Assembly (NCBI GenBank): GCA_938085095.1
Contig: CALKEI010000011.1
Coordinates: 1 to 61,200 of the forward strand
Origin: an uncultured Luminiphilus sp.
GTDB lineage: Bacteria > Pseudomonadota > Gammaproteobacteria > Pseudomonadales > Halieaceae
Direction: 5' to 3'
Length of the DNA: 61,200 nt
The position numbers and the translations under genes are program-made. The notes beneath the pieces were generated by a model, which ran no database searches, was not told the DNA's origin, and saw only the letters and a list, made by a program, of their open reading frames with translations. Numbering within the stretch: the stretch's first letter is position 1; each line of letters begins with the position of its first letter. Below are positions 31,462 to 42,384 of the stretch, piece by piece.

Positions 31462-32736
31462 TTGGAACAGCTCTTACAGCGGTTACGTAACCAGCCCCTG
31501 TCGCAGCAGCTGGCGCTGGCTGCGGCGGGCTGCTGCCTGTTGGCCACGTTGACGCTCGTCATCGTCGCCGCGCAATCGACCCAATCAATCCAGAACACCA
31601 CGCTTAACGAACACGCACGCGCGGCCGTGCAGCAACTGGCTGCGCGAGCCGGCACAGCATTGGCCGCAGGAAATCGGCTGGGATTAGTGGCGGAGCTGCA
31701 GTTTTACACCGATCAAACCCTCTTCGCGGCTGCTCGGGTATGGGACATTGAAGGCGGCGAACTCGCGGCGCGAGGCGCCATTCCCGCTGGGGGAGAAGCC
31801 CATCAGGAGGCGGTGCTGATTGACGGCAATTCTGCCGGGACGGTCGAGCTTTATCTGGATTTGCGGGAGCAGCAAGCGGCTCGAGAGACCCTAATCTGGG
31901 GCCTGGTGGCGCTGTCAGTGCTGCTGAGTACTGCCGTGTACGCGCTGACAAGGCCGATGGGGCAGCGCCTCGCCAGCAACATTAGTGAAGCCGTTGCGCA
32001 ACTGGGTGCGATCACCGAAGACGCCTCCGCCTCGGTCAATGAGGTGCGCAAACTCAAAGATCGGGTTAATGCGCTGCCTCTCGATCTGCTGAAATCCCGC
32101 GACCCGGGCGATCAGGGTGAAGAGCATTACAACGATACTGCGATTTTATGCATCGCTCTCAAACACCTGCCGGGGTATCTCGATACGCTGGACGAGTCCC
32201 GCATGCAGGCCTATATCTCGTCCCTACATCGCATGGCCTATGGGAGCGCCGGCTTTTACGGGGGCGATCTCAGCGTCATCCGCCAGTTTGGGCTGGCAAT
32301 CTACTTCTCGGGTAATCATGCGGCCGGCTCTCCGGTCTTGCGCGCCGCGAGTTGCGCTTGGCTCTTATCCCGCTGTAGCGAAGTGGCGGAAAAGCAAGAA
32401 CGGCTCTCCTTTGCGCCCGGCATGGCCATTGGTATCAGCGAGCTGGGCCGAGGCGATAGCGAAGACATTTATCCTGGTCTTTACACACAGGCGACGTTGG
32501 ATGATTTATTGGAGCTTGCCAACCAAGATCTGGACGGTATTTTGCTCTCTGCCAGAGCGGCAGAAGACGCTGGTCTGACCGCGCGCATCGGTATCGATGT
32601 CATTGACGAGCAATGGATGGCCCTTGGCGATATCAGCGGCGGTCATCTCGATTTGCTGGAAAGGCAACTTCATATTTTGCAGCGAGTGATTGCCCCTTCT
32701 GACCACGACACGCCGCAGGGGTTTTTGCCGTTTTAA
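31462..32736 (+). CDS. Smp/YtjB(AhpA)-like inner-membrane protein with a degenerate class III nucleotidyl-cyclase-like domain
   Basis: Two TMs flank a small periplasmic domain. Divergent from serB, the position of smp/ytjB. The C-terminal pattern resembles the cyclase fold but lacks the catalytic residues. Confidence 0.6.
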   Translation: MEQLLQRLRNQPLSQQLALAAAGCCLLATLTLVIVAAQSTQSIQNTTLNEHARAAVQQLAARAGTALAAGNRLGLVAELQFYTDQTLFAAARVWDIEGGELAARGAIPAGGEAHQEAVLIDGNSAGTVELYLDLREQQAARETLIWGLVALSVLLSTAVYALTRPMGQRLASNISEAVAQLGAITEDASASVNEVRKLKDRVNALPLDLLKSRDPGDQGEEHYNDTAILCIALKHLPGYLDTLDESRMQAYISSLHRMAYGSAGFYGGDLSVIRQFGLAIYFSGNHAAGSPVLRAASCAWLLSRCSEVAEKQERLSFAPGMAIGISELGRGDSEDIYPGLYTQATLDDLLELANQDLDGILLSARAAEDAGLTARIGIDVIDEQWMALGDISGGHLDLLERQLHILQRVIAPSDHDTPQGFLPF

Positions 32737-32740
32737 AGCA

Positions 32741-34993
32741 TCAGTCGACGACGACTTCCAAACGGGTCACCCGCTGATAGCCCTTCGGTAGCTTATTGCC
32801 GCGTCGCCCCCGCTCGCCACGGAAGTGCTCAAGCTCGGACCATTTGAAATTCCGATAATGTCCTCCCGACGTGACCTGCAGCGTATCGCCCTCGGTCACC
32901 ACACAGAGGCCGGCGACAAATTCTTCGCGCGCCGCCGCTCGGGCGGAGGGAATGCCAATCAACTTGTTACCTTTTCCTCGCGCAAGCTCAGGGAGTTCCG
33001 CCAGCGGGAACACCAGCATTCTTCCCTCATTGGTGGCGACAACCACCAGCGGCTCGACCCCCAAAGAAATCGCCGCAGGTGCCAGCACCTGGGCACCTTT
33101 GGGTAACGTCAGTACCGCTTTACCCGCCTTGTTCTTTGCCTGAAGCTGCGAGAACTGCACGACAAATCCGTAACCGGCGTCACTGGCGAGCAGAAACCGA
33201 TCCTCTTCCGCGCCGGTTAGCAGGCCTTCAAAGGTCGCGCCAGACGGAGGATTGATCCGCCCAGTCAGGGGCTCTCCCTGACCACGCGCTGAGGGCAATT
33301 GGTGAGTGGGCAGCGTGTAAGCTCGGCCCGTAGAGTCCAGCACCACTGTGGGCAAATTTGATTTTCCCCGTGCGGCAAACCGGAACCCGTCACCCGATTT
33401 GTAGCTGAGTGCTATCGGATCAATATCGTGCCCCTTGGCCGCACGAATCCAGCCTTTCTCCGATAACACTATCGTTAATGGGTCTGCAGTGGTGAGCTCA
33501 AGCTCACTGAAGGCCTTGGCTTCTTCGCGTTTCGCCAACGGTGCACGCCGCGGATCACCATGTGCCTCGACCACTGCCTTGAGCTCGCGCTTGATGAGTG
33601 TCTTTAGCCGCGCATCGCTCCCAAGCGTTTTCTTGAGCCCATCCCGCTCCTCGGCAAGCTCATCCTGCTCACCGCGAATCTTCATCTCTTCCAGCTTGGC
33701 AAGATTCCGCAGTTTCAAGTCGAGAATAGCTTCTGCCTGAATATCCGAGATCTTAAACGCCTTCATGAGCGCCGGCTTGGGCTCCTCCTCTTCCCGAATA
33801 ATGCGTATGACCTCGTCGATATTGAGAAACGCAGCCAGGTAACCCTCGAGGATATGGAGTCGACGCTCGACGCGCTCCAGCCGATATTCCAAACGGCGCT
33901 TGACGGTCGCCTTACGAAACACCAGCCATTCTTTCAGTATCGTTACCAGCGATTTCACTGCGGGCCTGCCATCGATACCAATGACATTGAGATTCACGCG
34001 GTAAGTGCGCTCGAGGTCTGTGGTCGCAAACAAGTGGCTCATCAAACCGTCCACTTCGATTCGATTCGAGCGTGGGACCAACACCAGTCGAGTTGGATGC
34101 TCATGATCTGACTCATCGCGAAGGTCGGACACCATCGGTAGCTTGCGCGCCTGCATCTGCGCTGCAATCTGCTCCAGAACCTTTGCCCCCGAGACCTGCT
34201 GAGGCAACGCGTGAATGACCACAGCACCGTCTTCAATCGTGTACGCCGCGCGCACTCGCAGGCCGCCCCGGCCTGTTTCGTATAGCGCCTTCAGCTCATC
34301 GATAGGCGTAATGATCTCCGCTTCGGTGGCGAAATCTGGGCCTTTAATATGCTGACAGAGATCAGCGACCGTGGCCTTCGGCGAATCGAGGAGATGAATG
34401 GTCGCGGCGACCACCTCGCTCAGGTTGTGAGGTGGAATATCAGTTGCCATACCCACCGCAATACCCGTCGTGCCATTCAATAGTAAATTCGGTACCTGCG
34501 CGGGCAGTACGGTTGGCTCTTCAAGCGTGCCATCGAAATTGGGTTGCCAATCTACGGTGCCTTGCCCGAGCTCGGCCAGCAATACATCAGCATAAGCAGT
34601 CAAGCGCGACTCGGTATAGCGCATGGCGGCAAAGGACTTGGGATCATCAGGAGAACCCCAGTTACCCTGCCCGTCGATGAGCGGGTAGCGATAGGAGAAA
34701 TCCTGCGCCATCAACACCATCGCTTCATAGGCGGCGCTGTCTCCATGGGGGTGAAACTTACCGATGACATCGCCGACGGTGCGCGCCGATTTCTTGAACT
34801 TTGCAGAAGCCTTCAGGCCCAGCTCGCTCATCGCATAGACGATGCGGCGCTGGACCGGTTTGAGTCCGTCACCAATGTGCGGCAGGGCCCTGTCGAGAAT
34901 CACATACATCGAATAATCGAGGTAGGCTTTTTCCGCGTAATCGCGGAGGGACAGCTGCTCGACGTCGACCGAAGGCTGCATCATATCTGTCAT
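32741..34993 (-). CDS. parC: DNA topoisomerase IV subunit A
   Basis: [51 protein letters not shown] (catalytic Tyr). No GyrA box. Confidence 0.96.
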   Translation of the reverse strand: MTDMMQPSVDVEQLSLRDYAEKAYLDYSMYVILDRALPHIGDGLKPVQRRIVYAMSELGLKASAKFKKSARTVGDVIGKFHPHGDSAAYEAMVLMAQDFSYRYPLIDGQGNWGSPDDPKSFAAMRYTESRLTAYADVLLAELGQGTVDWQPNFDGTLEEPTVLPAQVPNLLLNGTTGIAVGMATDIPPHNLSEVVAATIHLLDSPKATVADLCQHIKGPDFATEAEIITPIDELKALYETGRGGLRVRAAYTIEDGAVVIHALPQQVSGAKVLEQIAAQMQARKLPMVSDLRDESDHEHPTRLVLVPRSNRIEVDGLMSHLFATTDLERTYRVNLNVIGIDGRPAVKSLVTILKEWLVFRKATVKRRLEYRLERVERRLHILEGYLAAFLNIDEVIRIIREEEEPKPALMKAFKISDIQAEAILDLKLRNLAKLEEMKIRGEQDELAEERDGLKKTLGSDARLKTLIKRELKAVVEAHGDPRRAPLAKREEAKAFSELELTTADPLTIVLSEKGWIRAAKGHDIDPIALSYKSGDGFRFAARGKSNLPTVVLDSTGRAYTLPTHQLPSARGQGEPLTGRINPPSGATFEGLLTGAEEDRFLLASDAGYGFVVQFSQLQAKNKAGKAVLTLPKGAQVLAPAAISLGVEPLVVVATNEGRMLVFPLAELPELARGKGNKLIGIPSARAAAREEFVAGLCVVTEGDTLQVTSGGHYRNFKWSELEHFRGERGRRGNKLPKGYQRVTRLEVVVD

Positions 34994-35131
34994 GGCAATG
35001 AGGCTCTCTCTGAAAGCGGCAGATTCCGCGCCGCCGCGAAACCCTTCAACCGCGTTATCCTAACGCACCCCCGTACGGGAACACCACGCAACAAAGCAAA
35101 CCGGCACCCTAATCTGCCGAGGAGATTCATC

Positions 35132-35602
35132 ATGGCAATCAATCGGGACAGCCTTAGTGGGGAGCTCACCTGGCGCTGGCGCCACTTCGCAGTATTTAGC
35201 GGACCACAATGGCACCGGGTGCTGCGCCTCCGAACTGAGGTATTTGTCGTTGAGCAAACCTGTCCGTATCAAGAAGTCGATGACAAAGACCCCTTCGCCT
35301 GGCATCTGGAGTTGATGCATCACGGCGATCTCATTGGCACCCTGCGAGTACTGCCGCCGGGGGTAACTTATGACGAGTGCTCGATTGGCCGCGTTGCGGT
35401 CAGCGCTGACTATCGCAACCTGGGTCTGGGTCGGGACCTGATGAACACTGCCCTGGCTTTTTGTGACTCGCGCTGGACGACGGTGCGTCTCAGCGCTCAA
35501 TGCTATCTGCAGGCTTTTTACGAGTCGCTAGACTTTGCCGCCGAGGGAGAGCCCTACCTCGAGGACAACATTCCACACATTGAGATGGTTAGGCGCGCGT
35601 AA
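35132..35602 (+). CDS. elaA: ElaA-family GNAT acetyltransferase
   Basis: LRLRTEVFVVEQTCPYQEVD, IGRVAV...RNLGLGRDLM, LSAQ..LQAFYESLDF, YLEDNIPHIEM. ATG 35132 follows GGAG. Confidence 0.88.
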   Translation: MAINRDSLSGELTWRWRHFAVFSGPQWHRVLRLRTEVFVVEQTCPYQEVDDKDPFAWHLELMHHGDLIGTLRVLPPGVTYDECSIGRVAVSADYRNLGLGRDLMNTALAFCDSRWTTVRLSAQCYLQAFYESLDFAAEGEPYLEDNIPHIEMVRRA

Positions 35603-35620
35603 GCTCGAAAGCCCGCCGCC

Positions 35621-37435
35621 TCACGCAGCGGCGCGGGCAGCGCGCCTGCGCTCATGCTCAAGAAGCAGTTTTTTGCGCAAACGAATGCTCGCAGGCGTCA
35701 CCTCCACCAGCTCGTCCTCATCGATAAACTCGAGCGCCTGCTCCAGACTGTGCAAAACAGGCGGGGTGAGGATGACCGCTTCGTCGGTCCCCGAAGCACG
35801 GACATTGGTAAGCTGCTTGGCTTTGGTCGGGTTAACGACCAGGTCATTGCCGCGGCTATGCAGCCCCATAATTTGGCCCTCGTAGACATCGATATTAGGC
35901 TCGATAAACAGCCGCCCACGCTCTTGAAGGCTATATAACGCATAGGCCAGGGTCTTACCCGACACCATCGATACCAACACGCCGTTATTACGGGCCCCCA
36001 GCTCCGACTTGGCAACCGGGCCATAGTGATCAAACACATGGGTCATGATGCCCGAGCCCGAGGTTAAGGTCAGGAATTGGGAACGAAACCCAATTAAGCC
36101 ACGAGCCGGCACGATGAACTCAAGGCGGACCCGGTCAGCCCCGTCGGTAATCAGGTTCTTCAGCTCGGCTCGGCGCATACCCAGCTCTTCCATCACTCCG
36201 CCCTGATGGACTTCCTCACAGTCAATTACCAGATGCTCATACGGCTCGCAGATCACGCCGTCGATCTCTTTCTGAATCACCTCGGGTCGGGATACGCCGA
36301 GCTCAAAGCCCTCCCGACGCATATTTTCAATCAACACTGAAAGATGCAGCTCACCGCGACCCGACACCTTGAACTTATCGGGACCATCACCCTGCTCTAC
36401 TCGCAGTGCCACGTTGTGAATCAATTCGCGTTCGAGACGCTCTTTGAGGTTACGTGAGGTCACATACTTCCCTTCGCGGCCAGCGAAAGGCGAGTCATTA
36501 ACCTGAAAGGTCATACTGACCGTGGGTTCGTCCACGGTCAGCGGCGGCAGTGCTTCGGGTTGGGCGGGATCACACAGGGTATCGGAAATGTTGAGTGCGT
36601 CGATGCCCGTCACACAGACAATATCGCCCGCTTCGGCGCGGTCGGCATCAACCCTTTCCAGGCCCAGATAGCCCATGACCTGAAGCACCTTGCCGTTGCG
36701 TGCACCCCCCTCTCTATCGACCACCGCTACGGATGTGTTGGGGGTCAGAACACCGCGAGTAATTCGGCCAACGCCGATGACACCCACGTAACTGTTGTAA
36801 TCGAGCGCAGATATTTGCAGCTGCAACGCGCCGTCTGCATTGACTTCGGGCGGGGCGACCTTATCGACAATGGCCTGAAACAGCGGGGACATATCTGCCG
36901 ACATGTCGTCGTAGTCTTCTCCCGCCACACCATTAATTGCTGAAGCGAAAACCACTGGAAAATCGAGCTGCTCCTCGGTCGCACCAAGGGTGTCAAACAG
37001 ATCAAAAACCTGATCCACCACCCAATCAGGCCGCGCGCCCGGACGATCAATTTTATTGACGACAACGATGGGTTTGAGACCCCGCTCGAACGCTTTTGAC
37101 GTCACAAACCGCGTCTGCGGCATGGGACCATCGACCGCATCAACTAACAGCAGGACCGAATCCACCATCGACAACACCCGCTCCACTTCGCCACCGAAAT
37201 CCGCGTGTCCAGGGGTATCCACAATGTTGATTCGATACTCGTTCCAATTGATGGCCGTGTTCTTGGCCAGAATGGTAATGCCCCGCTCACGCTCCTGATC
37301 ATTGGAATCCATAATGCGCTCGGCGCCGGCATTTTTGCGATCCAGGGTGCCAGATTGCTGCAACAAGCAGTCAACCAGCGTGGTTTTCCCATGATCAACG
37401 TGAGCGATAATGGCGATGTTACGGAGCGCTTTCAT
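35621..37435 (-). CDS. typA: Translational GTPase TypA/BipA
   Basis: [64 protein letters not shown]. True start is MKALRN at 37435. Confidence 0.97.
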   Translation of the reverse strand: MKALRNIAIIAHVDHGKTTLVDCLLQQSGTLDRKNAGAERIMDSNDQERERGITILAKNTAINWNEYRINIVDTPGHADFGGEVERVLSMVDSVLLLVDAVDGPMPQTRFVTSKAFERGLKPIVVVNKIDRPGARPDWVVDQVFDLFDTLGATEEQLDFPVVFASAINGVAGEDYDDMSADMSPLFQAIVDKVAPPEVNADGALQLQISALDYNSYVGVIGVGRITRGVLTPNTSVAVVDREGGARNGKVLQVMGYLGLERVDADRAEAGDIVCVTGIDALNISDTLCDPAQPEALPPLTVDEPTVSMTFQVNDSPFAGREGKYVTSRNLKERLERELIHNVALRVEQGDGPDKFKVSGRGELHLSVLIENMRREGFELGVSRPEVIQKEIDGVICEPYEHLVIDCEEVHQGGVMEELGMRRAELKNLITDGADRVRLEFIVPARGLIGFRSQFLTLTSGSGIMTHVFDHYGPVAKSELGARNNGVLVSMVSGKTLAYALYSLQERGRLFIEPNIDVYEGQIMGLHSRGNDLVVNPTKAKQLTNVRASGTDEAVILTPPVLHSLEQALEFIDEDELVEVTPASIRLRKKLLLEHERRRAARAAA

Positions 37436-37531
37436 ACAGAATCCGGGCTGTGAAGGGTGGGGGGTTGGCTTGCGCGCGCGGAGTGTACACCAGCTCTGGC
37501 CAACCGGTTTACTCAACACTGCGACCTTTTT

Positions 37532-37579
37532 TGCACCAAAATAGTTCATATATTGAGGGCATTGCACTATGATGGTGCG
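37532..37579 (+). promoter_or_regulatory. Tandem NtrC enhancer sites of glnA
   Basis: TGCACCAAAATAGTTCA (37532-37548) and TGCACTATGATGGTGCG (37563-37579) match TGCAC-N7-GTGCA. They are 31 bp apart and about 100 bp upstream of the sigma54 site. Confidence 0.85.
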
Positions 37580-37662
37580 ATCACTGGGTCGGGCCTGCCC
37601 AAATAAATAAATATTATTCAATTAATACAATGACTTAACGGCTTACGCCAGCGTAGAGAAAG

Positions 37663-37679
37663 TTGGCACAGTGCTTGCA
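37663..37679 (+). promoter_or_regulatory. sigma54 (-24/-12) promoter of glnA
   Basis: TTGGCACAGTGCTTGCA with exact GG-N10-GC spacing. An AT-rich tract (about 37600-37637) between enhancer and promoter may be a bending or IHF site. Confidence 0.9.
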
Positions 37680-37769
37680 CTCTTTTATGGGCTCAGCCAG
37701 TGCCCATGCACTTTCTGAATTTTTACCACCCAGTCAGTGCTGGGAAAGTGACTACCGGAGGAAAACGAC

Positions 37770-39176
37770 ATGTCAGAGCGCACGCTCGATTTAATCAGCA
37801 AGAATGATGTTAGCTGGGTGGATCTGCGATTCACCGACACCAAGGGGAAAGAGCAGCATGTCTCAATTCCCTCAAGTGTGGTGGATGAAGATTTCTTTGA
37901 GGGCGGCAAGATGTTCGACGGCTCGTCCATTTCTGGATGGAAAGGCATCAATGAGTCGGACATGATCCTGATGCCTGACGACAGTACGGCCATTCTGGAT
38001 CCATTCACGGACGACCCCACTGTGATTCTGCGGTGCGATATTGTCGAGCCCACCACCATGCAAGGCTACGACCGAGATCCCCGAAGCATCGCCAAAAAGG
38101 CCGAGGCTTATCTCACTTCAACCGGCCTCGGTGATACGGCGTTCTTCGGCCCCGAACCTGAGTTTTTCGTATTTGATGACGTGAAATGGAGTGCCGATAT
38201 GAGCGGTGCCAGCTACGCCATCAATGCTGAAGAAGCGGCATGGTCGTCAAACCTCGAGTTTGAAGACGGCAACACAGGTCACCGCCCTGGCGTCAAAGGC
38301 GGCTATTTCCCTGTTCCGCCAGTCGATTCCTTGCATGATATTCGGGCTGCCATGTGCTCTGCGATGGAGCAAATGGGCTTGGATGTCGAGGTTCATCACC
38401 ACGAGGTGGGTACCGCTGGGCAGTGTGAGATTGGCATTAAGTTCAACACGCTGGTCTCCAAGGCTGACGAAGTGCAGATCCTTAAATACTGCGTGCTCAA
38501 TGTGGCACACGCTTACGGCAAAACCGCTACCTTTATGCCCAAGCCACTAGTCGGTGACAACGGCTCGGGTATGCACGTGCACCAGTCGATCGCCAAGGGC
38601 GGTGACAACACCTTTGCCGGGGATGGATACGCGGGGCTCTCTGACACCGCGCTTTATTACATCGGCGGTATCATCAAGCATGCGCGGGCACTAAACGCCT
38701 TTACCAACGCATCGACCAATAGCTACAAGCGGTTAGTCCCCGGCTTTGAGGCGCCGGTCATGCTGGCCTACTCTGCACGTAATCGTTCAGCGTCGATTCG
38801 TATTCCCTACGAGCCCTCGCCGAAAGGTAAGCGTATTGAAGTCCGGTTCCCCGACCCCACCGCCAACCCTTATCTCGCCTTTGCGGCGCTGCTGATGGCG
38901 GGTATCGACGGCATTCAGAACAAGATCCACCCCGGTGACGCCGCGGACAAGGATCTGTACGACCTGCCAGCAGAAGAAGCCGCCGATATCCCAACGGTGG
39001 CCTCCAGTCTGGAAATGGCTCTGGACGCACTCGCAGCAGACCGAGACTTCCTGACCGCGGGCGGTGTGTTCACTGACGACATGATCGATGCGTACATCGA
39101 ACTGAAGCGTGAAGACGTCGAAAGGCTGAATATGACCACTCACCCGGTCGAGTTTGACCTGTACTACTCTGTATAA
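37770..39176 (+). CDS. glnA: Glutamine synthetase type I-beta
   Basis: [54 protein letters not shown], and the DKDLYDL adenylylation Tyr. Confidence 0.98.
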   Translation: MSERTLDLISKNDVSWVDLRFTDTKGKEQHVSIPSSVVDEDFFEGGKMFDGSSISGWKGINESDMILMPDDSTAILDPFTDDPTVILRCDIVEPTTMQGYDRDPRSIAKKAEAYLTSTGLGDTAFFGPEPEFFVFDDVKWSADMSGASYAINAEEAAWSSNLEFEDGNTGHRPGVKGGYFPVPPVDSLHDIRAAMCSAMEQMGLDVEVHHHEVGTAGQCEIGIKFNTLVSKADEVQILKYCVLNVAHAYGKTATFMPKPLVGDNGSGMHVHQSIAKGGDNTFAGDGYAGLSDTALYYIGGIIKHARALNAFTNASTNSYKRLVPGFEAPVMLAYSARNRSASIRIPYEPSPKGKRIEVRFPDPTANPYLAFAALLMAGIDGIQNKIHPGDAADKDLYDLPAEEAADIPTVASSLEMALDALAADRDFLTAGGVFTDDMIDAYIELKREDVERLNMTTHPVEFDLYYSV

Positions 39177-39204
39177 GGCAGATTACTCAGGCCATGTTCA
39201 ACAG

Positions 39205-39237
39205 AACAAAAGCCCGCGCTATGCGGGCTTTTGTTTC
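39205..39237 (+). terminator. Intrinsic terminator after glnA
   Basis: AACAAAAGCCCGC-GCTAT-GCGGGCTTTTGTT perfect hairpin. Confidence 0.85.
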
Positions 39238-39260
39238 TCTGGTTCCAACCCACGGCAGAT

Positions 39261-39277
39261 TGCACCAAAATGGTGCG
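39261..39277 (+). promoter_or_regulatory. NtrC binding site upstream of DUF4124-ntrBC
   Basis: TGCACCAAAATGGTGCG is a near-consensus NtrC box, just after the glnA terminator (glnLp-like position). Confidence 0.8.
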
Positions 39278-39318
39278 CTGAAGCCGTAACATACCAAGAC
39301 ACAATCCCGAGAGATGCC

Positions 39319-39882
39319 GTGACACGACGCGACGATGACAGGCCGTATCTGAGTTTCCCCGCGGGGCGAGTGTTAGTGGGTGCGCTTTGGCTATGCTTTG
39401 GCGCCGGTCTGGCAGCGCAACCGGTCTATAGGGTCACCGACGCCGACGGTAATGTGACCTTCACCGATACTCCTGAAGGTAACGGGCAGGTGCAGGTGGA
39501 AACGCAGACGGTGAATCCAACCAACACTGCCAAGGCCGTCTCTACCGCTCCGCAGATCTCCGAGGCTAGCGAACCCGATGCGCCGGTCCATTACGACACC
39601 CGCATTGTGACGCCAGCTGAAAACGCCACGATTCCAATGGGTCCCGGCAACTTCACTGTAGAGGCGGCATTGAGCCCGGCGATGAAAGGTGACGAGAGAC
39701 TGTCGTTACTGCTTAACGGCGAACCTGTTGGCGCGCCCCAGCGAATGCCCATCTGGCAGCTCACCAATGTCTATCGCGGAGAACATCAGCTGCAGGTACT
39801 GCGCCTGACTGCGGCAGGTCGACAGCTCGACGCGTCGGGACAGCACACGGTGTACGTGATGCGGCCCGCAGTGAAACCATAA
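39319..39882 (+). CDS. Exported DUF4124-domain protein
   Basis: Signal-like hydrophobic stretch, then VYRVTDADGNVTFTDTP (DUF4124) and an Ig-like C-terminus (LTNVYRGEHQL). Start is uncertain (GTG 39319). Confidence 0.75.
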   Translation: MTRRDDDRPYLSFPAGRVLVGALWLCFGAGLAAQPVYRVTDADGNVTFTDTPEGNGQVQVETQTVNPTNTAKAVSTAPQISEASEPDAPVHYDTRIVTPAENATIPMGPGNFTVEAALSPAMKGDERLSLLLNGEPVGAPQRMPIWQLTNVYRGEHQLQVLRLTAAGRQLDASGQHTVYVMRPAVKP

Positions 39883-39883
39883 C

Positions 39884-40969
39884 GTGATGGCCGCCGAACC
39901 TCTCACAGACCTCACCGCTGAATACCAGCTGGATCTGCTGGCCACCGGCGTTATTTTGTTGGACGCGAATCTCCACATTCAGGCGCTGAACCTCTCGGCA
40001 GAAACCTTGATGGAAGTGTCAGCCAGTCGCGCGGTGGGTAGCCCTCTGAAAGAGTTACTCGACGAGTCCAATGAGTGGTACCCGCTTTTGTATCAGGCGC
40101 TTTCTGACAATTATCCGATGGTGCGACGCGCGATTCCTCTGACCACGCGAATGGGTCAGGAGCGCACTGTGGACATCACCCTCAGCCCGATCGCGGGGAC
40201 AGTGGGGAACCGTTGTCTGCTGGTCGAGCTCAATATGGTCGACCGTTTACAGGCCATCAGCCGCGACGAGAGTGAGTGGCAAGCGCAGGCTTCCTTGAAA
40301 GAAATTATGAAGGGGGTGGCCCACGAGGTGAAAAACCCGCTGGGGGGGATTCGCGGTGCTGCCCAACTCTTGGCTGGAGAGCTCGCCAACCCCAACCTGC
40401 ATGAATACACCGACATTATTATTTCTGAAGTTGACCGGCTCCGCACGCTGGTGGATCGCATGCTCGGCCCCCGCGAGCGACTGGAATCCGAACTCACCAA
40501 TATCCACGAAGTCACCGAGCATGTGCGTCAGTTAATTGAAGCAGAATCGAAAGGCAAGCTGAGTATTGGGCGTGATTACGACCCGAGCCTGCCAGATTTT
40601 CTGGCCGACGCGGGACAACTGACCCAGGCGGTGCTCAACCTGGTTCGCAACGCCTGGCAGGCCTGCGGGTCAGATGGCGTGATTAGCTTGCGCACGCGGG
40701 TGCACAGGCAGTTCACCGTCGGCGGCAGCCGACACAAACTCGTCTGCGCACTGCAAGTCTCGGATGACGGCCCCGGAGTGGCCAAGGATATGCTCCCCAG
40801 ATTGTTTCTACCTATGGTGACGGGTAACGCACAGGGAACAGGTCTTGGATTATCCATTGCACAGCGTATAGCCAATCAACACGGTGGGCTCATTCAAGTA
40901 CAAAGCGTGCCCGGTGAGACTTGCTTCACCCTTCTGCTACCCATGGAGACCCAACATGCCAGTGATTGA
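39884..40969 (+). CDS. glnL: Nitrogen regulation sensor kinase NtrB
   Basis: PAS domain, AHEVKNPLGGIRGAAQLL H-box, NLVRNA, DDGPG, GTGLGL. Confidence 0.94.
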   Translation: MMAAEPLTDLTAEYQLDLLATGVILLDANLHIQALNLSAETLMEVSASRAVGSPLKELLDESNEWYPLLYQALSDNYPMVRRAIPLTTRMGQERTVDITLSPIAGTVGNRCLLVELNMVDRLQAISRDESEWQAQASLKEIMKGVAHEVKNPLGGIRGAAQLLAGELANPNLHEYTDIIISEVDRLRTLVDRMLGPRERLESELTNIHEVTEHVRQLIEAESKGKLSIGRDYDPSLPDFLADAGQLTQAVLNLVRNAWQACGSDGVISLRTRVHRQFTVGGSRHKLVCALQVSDDGPGVAKDMLPRLFLPMVTGNAQGTGLGLSIAQRIANQHGGLIQVQSVPGETCFTLLLPMETQHASD

Positions 40970-42368
40970 GCAGGTATGGATCGTCGACGACGACAGTTCT
41001 ATTCGCTGGGTAATGGAAAAGGCGCTGTCGAGAGCGGGCCTCAGCTGCCGCGCCTTTGAGAACGGAAACGATGTCATGGATGCGCTGGCTCAAGAGGAGC
41101 CCATGGTAGTGGTAAGTGACATCAGAATGCCGGGCATGGACGGCATCGTCTTACTGTCTCAGATCAAGGCCCAACAGCCCGACTTGCCGGTAATCATCAC
41201 CACCGCTCACTCAGATCTCGACAGTGCGGTGAACTCTTATGAAGAAGGCGCATTTGAGTATCTACCCAAGCCCTTTGACATTGATGAGATGGTCGCCACC
41301 GTCACTCGTGCGCAGTCTCAGCGCTCACAGGGCACGCAAACAGACGACAGCAAAATCGAAAACCAGTCCGCAGAGATCATCGGCAACGCGCCTGCCATGC
41401 AGGAAGTTTTCCGCGCCATCGGACGTCTTGCACAAAGCCATATTACCGTACTGATTAATGGTGAATCGGGCACCGGTAAGGAGCTGGTTGCGCGCGCACT
41501 GCATCGGCACAGCCCGCGCGCAAACAATGCTTTTGTCGCGCTGAATATGGCTGCGATACCCCAGGAGCTGATGGAGTCAGAGTTATTCGGGCATGAGAAA
41601 GGCGCCTTCACGGGAGCCAACAATCGTCGCGAGGGTCGCTTTGAACAGGCTCGCGGCGGCGCACTGTTTCTTGATGAAATTGGCGATATGCCTGCTGCGA
41701 CGCAAACGCGTCTGCTGCGCGTTCTGCAGGATGGAGAGTTTTTCCGTGTTGGGGGCGTTGACTCGATCAAAGCGGACGTCCGCATTATCGCCGCGACCCA
41801 TCAGAAGCTGGAAGCATTGGTCGAGACGGGTGCGTTCCGTGAGGACCTGTTTCACCGTCTGAATGTCATTCGAATTCATGTCCCAAAACTGTCTGAGCGG
41901 CGCGAGGATATCCCCCGCTTGCTCATGCACTTTTTGGCCGCTGCCAGCAATGAGCTGGGCGTCGAGACTAAGGTACTCTCCGAAGAAGCGCTGAACGTAC
42001 TGACCCAGCTGCCTTGGCCGGGCAACGTTAGGCAGCTGGAAAACACCTGCCGCTGGCTCACCGTGATGGCGGCCGGGAGAGAGGTGCTGCTATCGGATTT
42101 GCCACAGGAACTCTTGCAGCACAGCGCGACAAACCCAAAAAGTGACGCCGAAACCTGGCACGAGCAACTCGCCAGCTGGGCGAATAGACAATTGTCTGAA
42201 GGGCAGTCAAACGTTTTGCGTCAGGCCCTGCCGCTATTCGAGTCCATCATGATCGAGGCAGCTCTCCAACACACCGGGGGTCGTAAAGCAGAAGCTGCGG
42301 AACTCCTCGGGTGGGGCAGAAACACCCTCACCCGTAAAATCAAGGACCTCGATTTACCAGCAGAGTGA
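40956..42368 (+). CDS. glnG: Nitrogen regulation protein NtrC
   Basis: Receiver VDDDSSIRWV...DIRMPGMDG. AAA+ GESGTGKE, ELFGHEKGAFTGA and WPGNVRQLEN. HTH LGWGRNTLTRK. Confidence 0.96.
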   Translation: MPVIEQVWIVDDDSSIRWVMEKALSRAGLSCRAFENGNDVMDALAQEEPMVVVSDIRMPGMDGIVLLSQIKAQQPDLPVIITTAHSDLDSAVNSYEEGAFEYLPKPFDIDEMVATVTRAQSQRSQGTQTDDSKIENQSAEIIGNAPAMQEVFRAIGRLAQSHITVLINGESGTGKELVARALHRHSPRANNAFVALNMAAIPQELMESELFGHEKGAFTGANNRREGRFEQARGGALFLDEIGDMPAATQTRLLRVLQDGEFFRVGGVDSIKADVRIIAATHQKLEALVETGAFREDLFHRLNVIRIHVPKLSERREDIPRLLMHFLAAASNELGVETKVLSEEALNVLTQLPWPGNVRQLENTCRWLTVMAAGREVLLSDLPQELLQHSATNPKSDAETWHEQLASWANRQLSEGQSNVLRQALPLFESIMIEAALQHTGGRKAEAAELLGWGRNTLTRKIKDLDLPAE

Positions 42369-42384
42369 TTGCTGGCTGGAGGAA

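Noticed and set aside
34544-35131. 352-aa ORF suggesting a long N-terminal fusion on ElaA
   Set aside because: The extension is antisense to parC. The real start is ATG 35132, which has a GGAG SD.
37436-37621. N-terminal extension of TypA in the ORF track
   Set aside because: It runs through the NtrC enhancer region. The conserved protein begins at [12 protein letters not shown] (37435).
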